A stretch of 64,000 nucleotides of DNA, taken from positions 1,736,001-1,800,000 of the forward strand of contig NC_134031.1 in assembly GCF_964204645.1 (NCBI RefSeq). Direction: 5' to 3'. The notes below the pieces were generated by a model that did no database searches, was not told where the DNA came from, and was given only the letters and a program-made list of their open reading frames with translations. Both the position numbers and the translations under genes were made by a program. Below are positions 51,901 to 63,117 of the stretch, one piece after another. How positions within the stretch are numbered: position 1 is the first letter of the stretch; every line of letters begins with the position of its first letter. The DNA comes from Tubulanus polymorphus. Its lineage: Eukaryota; Animalia; Nemertea.

Positions 51901-54900
51901 TCAACTAGAGTTTTATTCAATACCATATTTTTCTTTCGTCCTCTTTGATCGTCAATGGCGTTTTCGCGATAAATCATGGCTCGTCATCAATTCCAGTCAG
52001 AAATTATTCATTCCACCTAAGAATGAAACCACGCACGGTCGGTTGCGCAGTCAGACGTCCTTTAAAGAATTAAAATCTTTTTATGTAAGAGTACAATTAA
52101 AAATTTCATCTAGAACTTTAAGCAAAATTCAAAACAAGGGTATCTCTCGTATTATAATATAGAGAGAAATCTCAAAATGATAACAAAAAACAGTCCGAAA
52201 ATGTTACTGGAGCTAGTGTAGTTTATTTTTCGTTTCGACTATATTCTAATAGTCATCCTTAGGAATACTGAGAAATATTCCCAGTATTCCTGAAGATGAC
52301 TATCAGAATATAGTCGAAACGTTGGATAAACTACCAGCTCAAGGAATACAGTATTCCTGAAGATGACTATCAGAATATAGTCGAAACATTGAATAAACTA
52401 CCAGCTCAAGGAATACAGTATTCCTGAAGATGACTATCAGAATATAGTCGAAACATTGAATAAACTACCAGCTCAAGGAATACAGTATTCCTGAAGATGA
52501 CTATCAGAATATAGTCGAAACATTGAATAAACTACCAGCTCAAGGAATACAGTATTCCTGAAGATGACTATCAGGATTAAGTCGAAACGTTGGATAAACT
52601 ACCAGCTCAAGGAATACAGTATTCCTGAAGATGACTATTAGAATGTGTCGAAACGTTTGATAAACTACACTAGCTCCGGTAACATTTCCGGACTGTTTTT
52701 CGGTAGTATCGCGGGATTCTCTCTACATCATCGTCACGGATCCATAGTGTTTTATCAATCGTGTTTATCGTATGTGAATCTTTTTCCACAGGCGTTGTAT
52801 GAAAACATTCAAATTTATAAACAAAAACAGTTTCCCAATATTTAGGTTTTCACCCTCAGCATCAAAATATTCGCGCATACTGATGGCGTGGCACAATGTG
52901 TATCACAAACATACACCTTTCATTTCATTCAATTCTATGCGAGCACATAAACATATTTTGTTTTCGTAATGAGAGGGTTAATACTGAGGGTAGTGTATGA
53001 TTCAGTAGTTGACTTATTAGTGTTGATTGTAATTCTCCTACGAGCTGATACGGTATATAAGCGATTCCAATCTCAATTTGACGACGATTTGAAAATCATC
53101 GGTAGATTTAACTCGTTTTCTGAACTCCGAGATGCGAGTAAACACGTCTGATTTGTTGATTTGATAATATACTGTCGCCATGTCGCAGAGTTGGCCAGGT
53201 ACTTTCCTACAAATCGTATTAAACGCTATCAGCCGATGTAGATAGACTCTACTGCGGTTACCTGATCGGTACGAGTATCCTGAACACTCAATTCACAACT
53301 TAGAAATGTATCAATATAGATTTGAAGCATTTTCTGTGACTTGAATGAAGAAAACTTGAATTTCAAAATCACCAGTTATATTCAGCTCCTCAGTGATTAT
53401 CGTTGAAGTGAAATTTATTTTTGAATTCTTTGCAGATTTCGATATTGTTTTTTTTTTGGATAGGAAGATTTTCGATTGTGAAGCCACGTAGAAAGACACC
53501 AGTGCGGGAACTGTATCGTCCCTAGAGTGAAATCAGCTCGCGTCGTTTTAGAACACGAGGCGACACTCAGAAACTTACGCTCTACAGTAATATCCCCTTG
53601 GCATACACTGTAAATCCTCTCCGTCAATTTTTCTAGTTGAAAGTTTCAAAACTTTTTTCCAAATATTAGTTATGACGAGCTCTTTGTGATTTCTACGTCA
53701 AAAGCGGGTTTCAGAATAGGGGGAGGGGGGGGAGCAGGAGGAATGGTCAAAACATTTTAGGTCTCGTATATTCACTTCTCAATGTATCTTCAAACAAAAA
53801 ACTATGATCACACGAGTTTATGAAGCGTCTTATTAATATTTGCGTGGGCGTAAAAATCCAAAAATACGTCCAAAAAAGACGAAAGTTCTAGTAAAAGAAA
53901 ATATTATCGAGAAACGTTTCGACATGTGTCGAAACTGAGTTAGTTATGAAGGTCAATGAAAGTGGTGGACGCGGTCTGTGGAACGCGATTAGCTGGATGC
54001 GATGGACGTGATGTAAACTAGCTAACTTGCATCCATCACCAGAACGTGAGCATAAAGACGCAACGATGCCAATTATTGTCGTGTATCCCTCACTCAGGAT
54101 GCGGGAGACTCTTTGATGGAGATCTGAACAGGCGGCAAAAAGTGATAATCTCGAAAGTTATCTGTTCTGATCGTGCGCTCTGAAGGAAACTCTTCGTCCG
54201 TTGATGTTTCGAGTGCGTACTACTCAGTTTTAACGCGGTATATTAGACGTGAAGATGGAAGAAGACCTGGTTTCTTTCTCCCGGCGGTCTCTCTTTTTCG
54301 ACGAGAGATTTCTTAACTGAAATTGCACTACAAATCGTTTTATGGAGAGGATATACGTTATGATGTCTGTCTGAATATAATGATGAAAACAACAGAACAA
54401 CTGTTTCTGTATTTCGTGTGCACTCGGGCGTCTAATATATCACAGTCCGCACTTCTTTTGAACTAACATAAGTGAAAATGAGTTAGGTTTTTGAATTCCC
54501 TGGCGTGGTGGCCAGTAAGTAACCTATATTTACCGGTAACGCGCTCGTCAACACCAGAACCAACGCTCAGCTATACGATTACCATAAATCAGGGATCTTG
54601 CGTGAGCCCTTGCATAAATCATGTAAATCAACTTCAAATAACTGGTTGTCAACTTGTATCGATGTGCAGTTAATGTCATCGTCATGATGAAAAATAAAAC
54701 TTCAAGCACTCTGAATTATGACCACAGCAATTCGTGCCCTAAACACCGAAAGTTAGTTGCTGTTAGTGTTAAACGATATTATAGTTTGTCTCGTCGTCTT
54801 GTACTTGACCGCGCTTCTCTTTGAGAATTGAAAACAACTTTGTTTTCACTCGGTTTGCATTTACAATCGACAACAATTAGTCACGATAAAACTTATGACT

Positions 54901-57900
54901 CTCGAAATTCTCCATCAACGGAAATAAGAGATTTAATTGAAGCTTTTTCGCAGACGTTTCGGTCCCTCGTGTTTCCAATATTCACCAGCGTTTTCTTTCA
55001 GAACAAGTGTTTTCTGTCAAAGCGAGAAATATTGCATAATATAATCATCGTTGACAAGCGCCGTTCGGTCCCTTGTGGCCTTGAATTGATCGGTGACCGC
55101 GATGTAGACAGTCGTAACCAATTAGCAATTAGAACCCGTTTCACGTGACGCCGGGGACACAAAGCAGGTGCTCCGAAACGACTGATTAATCGGGACGAAT
55201 TAAAAACCGAGACACACAACCTGGAAATGTCAAATATCGTGACAAATTCTCATTTACGACCGATGTTTTAGAAGCGATCAAAGATTTGGTGATCTTTTTT
55301 TTGGTTGTTGTTATTGTTTTAATTTAGGTTGCAGACGGTCTCGCGTGACGATCGCCACCGTTTATTTGAGCGTATTCCAAAACATGATACTGAAAATGTC
55401 TAAACAAAAGAGCGCATTCGAGCATGTGAGGAAAGATCTTCTTCTTTTCAAAAAAAAAGGTTTTGATTCATAACTTCGATATAGATTTTCAGAGTTCTGC
55501 TCTTTGAACCCGAAATGACACTGAATAGATGTGAAGACTCAAACGTCTTTCATGTCGATTATATTTTCATATTTTACGGGTTTAGTTTCCAGTTGTGTGA
55601 ACAAAGCATTGAAATGTTCAATTGCGAGAGATGGATGGTGTAAACTGTCGTGTGCGATGATCCAGACGCTTGGCTTTGAATGGAATGTGTCGTCTGCAAC
55701 AAGAAGTTTTGATGTATACGCACTAACCCTGCAAACCACTATTACAACTCTTCACACGTTTCTATATTTATTCGCACGTATCTATTTACTTGGATATATG
55801 AATTGATGTTGTTTAGAAAAATCATCCGTTGACGGAATAGCGAAGATGGAGGTTAATTGAATTTCGAGTATCAAAATGTGTTCTTATCAGCAAAAAAAAA
55901 AATTCCATACTTGACTAACTATTAGTACAGAACCGAGCACAATTAACAATCATCTTGGAGAAGTAGAAATTTTATCTGCAGTTACAACTGAAATCATGGT
56001 TATAAGTTTTCAGTTCAAAAGCAAATATTTCAGTACAACGCGTTTATATATATTTTGCATCATAACACGTCAAATAAACTATGCTTTACAAATAGTTAAT
56101 TGAAATGTCTTGTTTCAAAAATAACCGACATTCCACCCGTTTATCAGACAGACAATCCTCGACGACCCGTCTAATCGATTTATTTAAAACTGTTTATTCA
56201 AATAATCTATCAATAACTTGTTTTGTACATGAAAACAAGAAATACACATTTCATTCAAACAAACCCTAAATTCTATCGATTCCAAGGCTATCCTCTCGGG
56301 CAAGAGTTCTCCAAAACTAAAACATTGGCAATTTGAAACTCAGTTTGCAATATCCACAAATATTTCTAGTGAAATCCAAATAGGGAGGGGGGTGAGCATA
56401 CTGTTAGTATGTACATATATCGCGTTACTAGCGCACGATGTTATTAGTTATATATGGATTCGTGTATAATTCTTGTCAAGCGAATTTCCGAGTAAAAACT
56501 ACCGTTCATAAATTCGTTTACTATGTGATCTAACACATAGCAGAGGAGATCGAAGTATTTCGATACTGCTGATGTGAGTAACCCCCCTCAGCATGCGACG
56601 AGTCAAATAACCACCAGTTCACGAGTAATTCATATCGTCGATTTCGTACGATGAAAACCTATAAAGCATAATCATATCCAGACGGAAAATTCTGGAATGA
56701 AATGTATGCGTTTTTTTTTCTCGCATTTAGGTTCATTTTCATTAATTGGTAAAGGCGCGTCCATTGAATTATATTTCGCTTTCAAGTCTTGAGTTAACTG
56801 AATCTAGTTACGCCGTTTAGAAGTACCGTGTACTGGCTGGCATCCTTTGATGGTAGAGTTTTTACCGGGCATGAATTTTTCTCTTGAGCTAAGGGTTTCA
56901 TTTTGTCTGCGCGTCGAGTCTTTCATCTCTTAGAGAGTTGATGAACCAGCCTCCGAGCGGAAGTGTTTACGTCGACTTTGTCGTCGTTGTTCGTCGGACT
57001 CGTCGTTACTATTACAGAACCAGGTTTTTTTCAACTATTGATGGAATACAACTAACAGAAAGTGCACTTGACTAACTGGTTACTAATTGCAATTGTGTTA
57101 ATGACAAATTTCAGTCTGGCTAAAAAATTGATACCTTGTTTCTCCGCTCTGCTGAGCTGCTGAGCTTAAAACTTGACCCGGCCGGCCGCCTATCTACCCT
57201 GTACATTAAGTTGTTTTTTTTGAAATCGTGGTCGATTTTATCATAACAGACCCGGCAGCTATATAGAAATGAACTGATTACAAATTGTATTGTATTTTAC
57301 ATAAATGACCCGGCTGTTGCGGAGAAACAAGGTATCATTTTTGTTTAGCCTTAAACTATATTTCACATCAATAGAAAATTGTGGAGAAATACCCTAAGTT
57401 ACCCAAGGGACCAGCTCAAAAGTCGTTTTAAATTTTAGGATTGGTTTTAAATTTTTAGTGTGACTATATAGAACTAAGTTGGTCCCAGGCTGGTCTTAAA
57501 TCTTAAGATTGGTCTGAAGTGCTAGATTGCTATATGCAGAACTGATCTCAGACTGATCAGAGCCGTGACTACGGAACCGGCGCCGCCTTTCCATTTTCCT
57601 TCTTCATTTTCATCATTTCTCATGAAACACCTCACGTCCCTGTTCACCGGCTAACTAACTGACCCTTCATTGCAGCAATCATTAAAAATCGTATCGAAAG
57701 CAGCGAATACATCCATAACTAATTTGAACAGTTAAAAATTGCAAACCAATCGCATTTTGTCTATCGCAAAAAGAGGTGAATTTTAGATTGTTTTGTATAA
57801 TGACAATCGGCTTAATGTAAACTTGTAATGTATATGCTGATATTTTTTCCAGGAATCAATCTATTGACTATGTGTAAATGAAAACATCTATATACACGCT

Positions 57901-58146
57901 AAAAAAACAAACCGAGCTCGCTGCAGAAAATTCTGAACAAGTGAGAATATAATTTGTAGGCCTAATGAGTGTATGATCATCAAAGATAAAAAGAAAGAAC
58001 AGCAAAAACACAGTTTTCGGTAACTTTTGAAAAACGTATCTTACCCGTTTGTAGCCCATTTCATCACTCGGCATTGAACTTCCTTTTCCGTAGCAAAGCG
58101 CCAAAACTAACACCAACATCGAAAATACAGCTGCACTGCTCGGCAT
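36982..58146 (-). CDS. AstC: Allatostatin-C (somatostatin-family) neuropeptide precursor, 93 aa, two coding exons and a ~20.9 kb intron
   Basis: Exon 58146-58045 (signal peptide MPSSAAVFSMLVLVLALCYGKGSS..KR|gtaaga, phase 0) and exon 37161-36982 (ttttcag|TGLSESERQFTGKLLVRLIEAAIESMKERGASENYIKTMNRKR-DYIRDCFFHAVSCY-GK*, phase 0). C-x6-C with AVSC[FY] is the AstC signature. Joining the two exons is inferred. Confidence 0.85.
52160..52725. mobile_element. Fold-back hammerhead element: inverted ~110-bp arm plus tandem array, Penelope-pLTR/retrozyme-like
   Basis: 52160-52270 is the reverse complement of 52617-52725 (cagtccgaaaatgttactggagctagtgtagtttat vs ataaactacactagctccggtaacatttccggactg). Confidence 0.8.
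52282..52670 (+). ncRNA. Tandem array of six minimal type I hammerhead ribozyme motifs, 67-nt period
   Basis: Units start at 52282, 52349, 52416, 52483, 52550, 52617: tattc CTGAAGA t gactat-cagaat-atagtc GAAAC (G/A)TT g(g/a)ata. Confidence 0.85.
57118..57350. mobile_element. Harbinger/Tourist-like MITE, copy 3 of 4
   Basis: ggctaaaaaattgataccttgtttctccgc...gcggagaaacaaggtatcatttttgtttagcc; reverse orientation to 17546. Confidence 0.85.
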
Positions 58147-58265
58147 GATGGATGCTTTTACTGTGTGCGGGTGAGTTACAAGTTTCGTGTAAGTTTTTAC
58201 TTGAAGTTGTCGATTTACGGATGTAAGGACGGTGCAGCGTGCGATTATCGTGTAGAAATCCGTTT

Positions 58266-58380
58266 CTTTATACGGAGGCGAATCGTTGGTTGCAGCGGTT
58301 AAATATCGCTCTTCACGTGCGCCCATTGACGTAAACGCTGACGTCACCACCGCGGCGCGATGTGAACGTCGCTGATTGGT
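58266..58380 (-). promoter_or_regulatory. AstC proximal promoter: TATA, E-box, two CRE-type sites, CCAAT
   Basis: TATAAAG (58272-58266), TATTTAA (58305-58299), CACGTG (58314-58319), TGACGTAA (58327-58334), TGACGTCA (58339-58346), CCAAT on minus (58375-58379). Confidence 0.75.
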
Positions 58381-59172
58381 CAATAACATCGTCGCGCACC
58401 TCTTCTGAATCACGATAGATCCAGTGTTGATAACGGTTTACTTGCAATTTCCTGATTTACTATCAGAAATAAAGGATTATTCTCGCGCTTATGGTTAATC
58501 GTTTTAGAATCGACCAATTACTTGTTAACCACCGGTACTACCTCTGAACCTAAACCCTACCTCCCTGAACATCGCCCCAAAACACATGCACCTTAGGATG
58601 TCAACTAAAAGTTTATAGATTTCCTTTAGCATCAGACGCTCACGCTTACATGTAACCTCTCATCGGCCGTACTGCTCACAGGATTTATCTATAGGTCTGT
58701 ATATTTCTGAAAGTCCCCGACTTAAAAATGGCGGTTGTTTTTCGATCGTTGACCTATCATCCCTCAGACCTAGACAACTGTAATTATGAATATTGACAGG
58801 TTTAATAATGAGCTCGTGTCTATCAATGAAAGGGTTGATGGTAATTTAGTGAAACTATAAGTAATTGCGCATTGCCTTAGATTTCTAATGTTTGACTCAA
58901 CCGTTTGAACTTTTGGCAAATTAATCAAAGCACCTTTGAACTGTAGATTACCAAAGCGAAGGTTTTGTGGTGACAACGGAAATTAGAGTCCATCCTCTTG
59001 ATTAATGTCGCGTCTTTGCTGACGTTGTGGACGATTTTGTCGCTAATTAATCTGTCATGGTGTTGACCCAACATCTTTTTTGGCCTGAAAACCTTTTAGT
59101 GGTGGTGATCGACACACGTAATACAACACGTACTTAAACCTCTCTTGATTCATAAATTCATAAAGATACAAT

Positions 59173-59471
<299 letters not shown>

Positions 59472-61575
59472 ATACAAATTTGTTTGTTTCAATTCTAATC
59501 ACTGTAGTGAGTAATCAGCAAATGGACAATGATCTAAATGGATCTTGACCACGACTGGTGCAATCAGGAAAGATGCGGCTGCGTGAACAATGAATAATGT
59601 AAAATGATTAAACAGCACCGCGCTCTCTTCCAATAAACTAATGTACTTGTAATTGGTGGTTACGTTTGGTCAACCGATGACTGATGAAATATCTCGAGGC
59701 AGATTTTGCTTTAAGATCTGTCGTTGGAGAAGATATTCAACTACGTATAGTTAATTAAGTAACGTAAAGTAAAGTTTAGGAAAAGTAGAATTTCATTTGA
59801 AAATCTGTTAAATTTGCGCGGAGATTTTGAATTCAAAAGTCGTTACGTATCTGACTTTCAGCAGAGATGCTAAAAATGGACGAGGAATCCTAATAAATCT
59901 TCGAGGTTGTTGTTTGCTTTCCTGTTCTTATCCCAGAATTAAAATATCTTCCTCAATCGTTCGTAACAATGTTAGATTAAAAAGCGGCAGACGATCTGGC
60001 GCCTTGTCGAAAAAATATTCCTGCTGAATTGTGGCTATTCTGGTTTATGGAAGCCTGACCAATACTAGCAGAATATAACTAAAAATAGTCGTATTTTCAA
60101 TTTCTGAAATTATTTCGTCAAAATCAAAGGTTTCAGTTGCGCTAAAAACAACCATGAAACTGCAAAATAACCATCCCGACATTTGCAATGTCTACATATT
60201 TTTCTTTTCGGTTTCAATTAAACTATATCTGTTCGACGCATCGAAAATGAATGATTTGGAAGCAGATAAAACCGGTTGTTTTTGTTTACTCGAATGTAAA
60301 ATCATTGAAATGAATTGAACACCGAGAATGAAAGGTCTCGATATTCCCGGCAAGAACGTTTCCTCCGCATGAAGAGCGAGTATTGAAAAACCTAACAAAA
60401 AACCGATCGAAGAATTATTTACAAATTTCACGCACGTTCATTTCTTCTTTTCGTTTTCGAAAAACGGAGCTAAAAGTGTTCGCGTTTCTATTCGACTGGT
60501 ATCAGTCAGATTGAAAAGATTGTTGATTATACGGCGAGGTGCCGCGCGGTTTGCTGCATCATTCAACCGTCCGTGCGTGGAAAATGATTTTAAAACTGAT
60601 CGAGCATACAATAAATGCTATAGGTCAGAATAACAATTCCCGAAATCGCGTGAATTGCTACAGCTATGATTTGATTGTTAGTTCTTCCACCCAAACGCGT
60701 AAAACCGAAACGTATTTAGATGGGTCTATTTCGCCAGCGGATAATCTTCCCTACGCTCTCTTATTACGTTATAAATCACTGCGCGGTGACAAGTACAGAC
60801 AGAATTTTGTCTTCATTGGTTTTTGCTCAAACCTAAAGGCACCCTGGAGTTATCTACCGATAATTCATCAGTTTGGGTAAACGATAAACTTTTTTGAGTC
60901 CTGTAAAAACTGGATGCTTTCCAAAAAGGGCAACCCCTTTTCAGATTGATAGTATAACGTAGATTCAGATGTCGAGACTAAGGTTCAAATCCATTTCATC
61001 GTCGGGCCAATCTAATCGATGTGACGTCACGGGAACATCACTTTTCGGGATGAAAATTAGATTAGTGGCTGGAACTAAACAAATTAAACGGATACCTGTC
61101 ACCCATACCAGACCTGATAGAAAGCCATCGTATCGCTGCTGGTGACAGCAAGAAATCAGGGTTAATGTAATTTCTAATCGAAGTGGCCCTTACCGCTCTC
61201 TCTCTCTCCTGTGCGATAGAAAAAACGTTGTGATTAATTCGACGGGTTCAAGCGGCACATCCGTTCCGTTATGACGTGTTTCAAAAACGACTCGGCAAAT
61301 TATGAGCAGACGTTGTAGGATTTCGCTAAGCGACAACAAAAACAGTTGATTGAAACCTGCGCGGTTAATAAACCCGACTTCGAAGAAAGTCGCGCGGGTC
61401 AACGATAATTATCCCTCCAAACGACCGAACCACTCGATCAGCATCGGTTATTTATTCGTCGGACAAATTTGATATTTACACGATCTACGACGAGTGGTAT
61501 TTACTACGCATAAATCACGAGGTGGTTTTGATGATGGGGGCATTTACGGATACCAGGTGCGACGATCGGATTAAA

Positions 61576-61800
61576 GGCTAACAAAAATTGATACTTTGTT
61601 TCTCGCGCTCTGCTGAGCTTAAAACTTGACCCGGCCGGCCGCCTATCTACCCTATACATTACTTTTTTTTTAAAATCGTAATTAAATTTACAACAACAGA
61701 CCCGGCAGCTATATAGAAATGAACTGATTACAAAATTTATTGTATTTTACAAAAATGACCCGGCCGCTGCGGAGAAACAAGGTATCATTTTTGTTTAGCT
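61576..61800. mobile_element. Harbinger/Tourist-like MITE, copy 4 of 4
   Basis: Highly similar to 57118-57350 with the same TIRs. Confidence 0.85.
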
Positions 61801-62297
61801 ATATATACAAGTGATTTAGGCATGTAAATTAAGTTATAAAATTGACATCCGTCGTGGTCGCAGCGGGTACCCTGGGCCAACAAGCGCGAACGATCCCCAA
61901 AATATCATCCAATATAAACCGAAACACGATTTTGAGATATAGGCCTTTTCCTGTGGAGGGAGTTTTGGGAAATGATTTTTAGCTGAGAGAATTGTTTCTC
62001 ATTGTTTCATCCCATTGAAAATAAAAATCTGTTGAGATAAATGTGTTTTCTGGGTACACAGTGATGGAACTGCTGTACTCGTTATTAGAATTATTTTTTT
62101 TCTGGTGTGGGTTGTTTTCACTCGAATGTGATTCATTAGTCTCATCGAGAATCAGCAGCTGACAAAGCGACCGAGTTGGTTCTCATCTTCGCAATCTGGT
62201 CACTCGACGCTATATCGTTAGAAGTCCTTATCTGGAACCGGCATCCCAAGTGAGACATAGCGTAGAATACGTGAATTGAGTACTTCTCTACGGCCGT

Positions 62298-62337
62298 TGC
62301 CGCCGCCGCCGCTGCTGCTGCTGCTGCTGCTGCTGCC
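62298..62337. repeat. (GCC)n(GCT)n trinucleotide repeat
   Basis: gccgccgccgccgctgctgctgctgctgctgctgctgcc. Confidence 0.9.
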
Positions 62338-62990
62338 GTTTGATCATCATCTCGTCGGTTCAGCGTTGCGTTAAGGCCGAAAAAATCACAGCAAGCGAAA
62401 CTCGTCACAGCGGAACTGAGAACGAACATTCTCACAATCACAAACTGAGCTTCCCAAATACGTGAATATTCCCATGTTCGTCACCTGGTTCGTGTTGTCG
62501 TAGGTTTTGACGAGTGCGAGAATTTCCTTTTCGTTCTTTCTTATAGTTAAAATGGGTTTTTTTAAAGAAATTCGTCGCCAGCCATCACGAGTTTCTCATC
62601 CAGTCGTATAAGTGGTCGTACCCACCACTGATCTCCGTCGCTCTACGATCCTAGTGTAAAAATATTGTGATTGTCGTTCGTGTCTACTGATGATGACTAT
62701 TAGGATTTAGAATATAATACCATTGGGATCCCCGGGTGAAACTGATTGGTCAACAACAATACCCAGGGCCCAATTTCATAACTCTTAAATCGATTAAATT
62801 TCTTCATTTAATCAGTTTATCTTAAATCGCTTTAGGCCTTAATCAAGGAGTTGCTATATTAAACTTAACTAAACAAATGACAAATTTCAAAATCAATCAT
62901 ATTCTCATACAACAATTATAGAAAATGCCAGGAGTGCTCGAGGAATTATGATGTAAGCTCCTCAAACACGTGGACTTTAAAAAACAACTA

Positions 62991-63117
62991 GTCCAACCAC
63001 CATAGGCGTATAAACTATAAACTATAAACGAGAGTTTATACGCCCATGGTCCAATCATAGACTCTAAAATCAAAAAGTCTATGGCCCAACCATGGACTCA
63101 ATAGTCCATGGCCCCCG
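62991..63117. mobile_element. Three consecutive tiny CATRG...CYATG hairpin elements separated by a 7-bp motif
   Basis: 63001-63048, 63056-63083, 63091-63110; separators gtccaac/gtccaat/gcccaac. Confidence 0.6.

Noticed and set aside
52282-52670. CRISPR-like array
   Set aside because: No unique spacers (whole 67-nt units repeat), eukaryotic context and no cas genes; explained by hammerhead repeats
57868-58413. 181-aa ORF as a full protein
   Set aside because: Only 58146-58045 is a plausible exon; upstream is promoter/UTR and downstream reads through a GTAAGA donor
62142-62441. Poly-Ala ORF
   Set aside because: Driven by a trinucleotide repeat; no recognisable domain or clear splice context
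62687-62712. CTGATGA-tgactattagga hammerhead start
   Set aside because: Truncated family remnant lacking the stem II 3' strand and GAAA; cannot be a functional ribozyme
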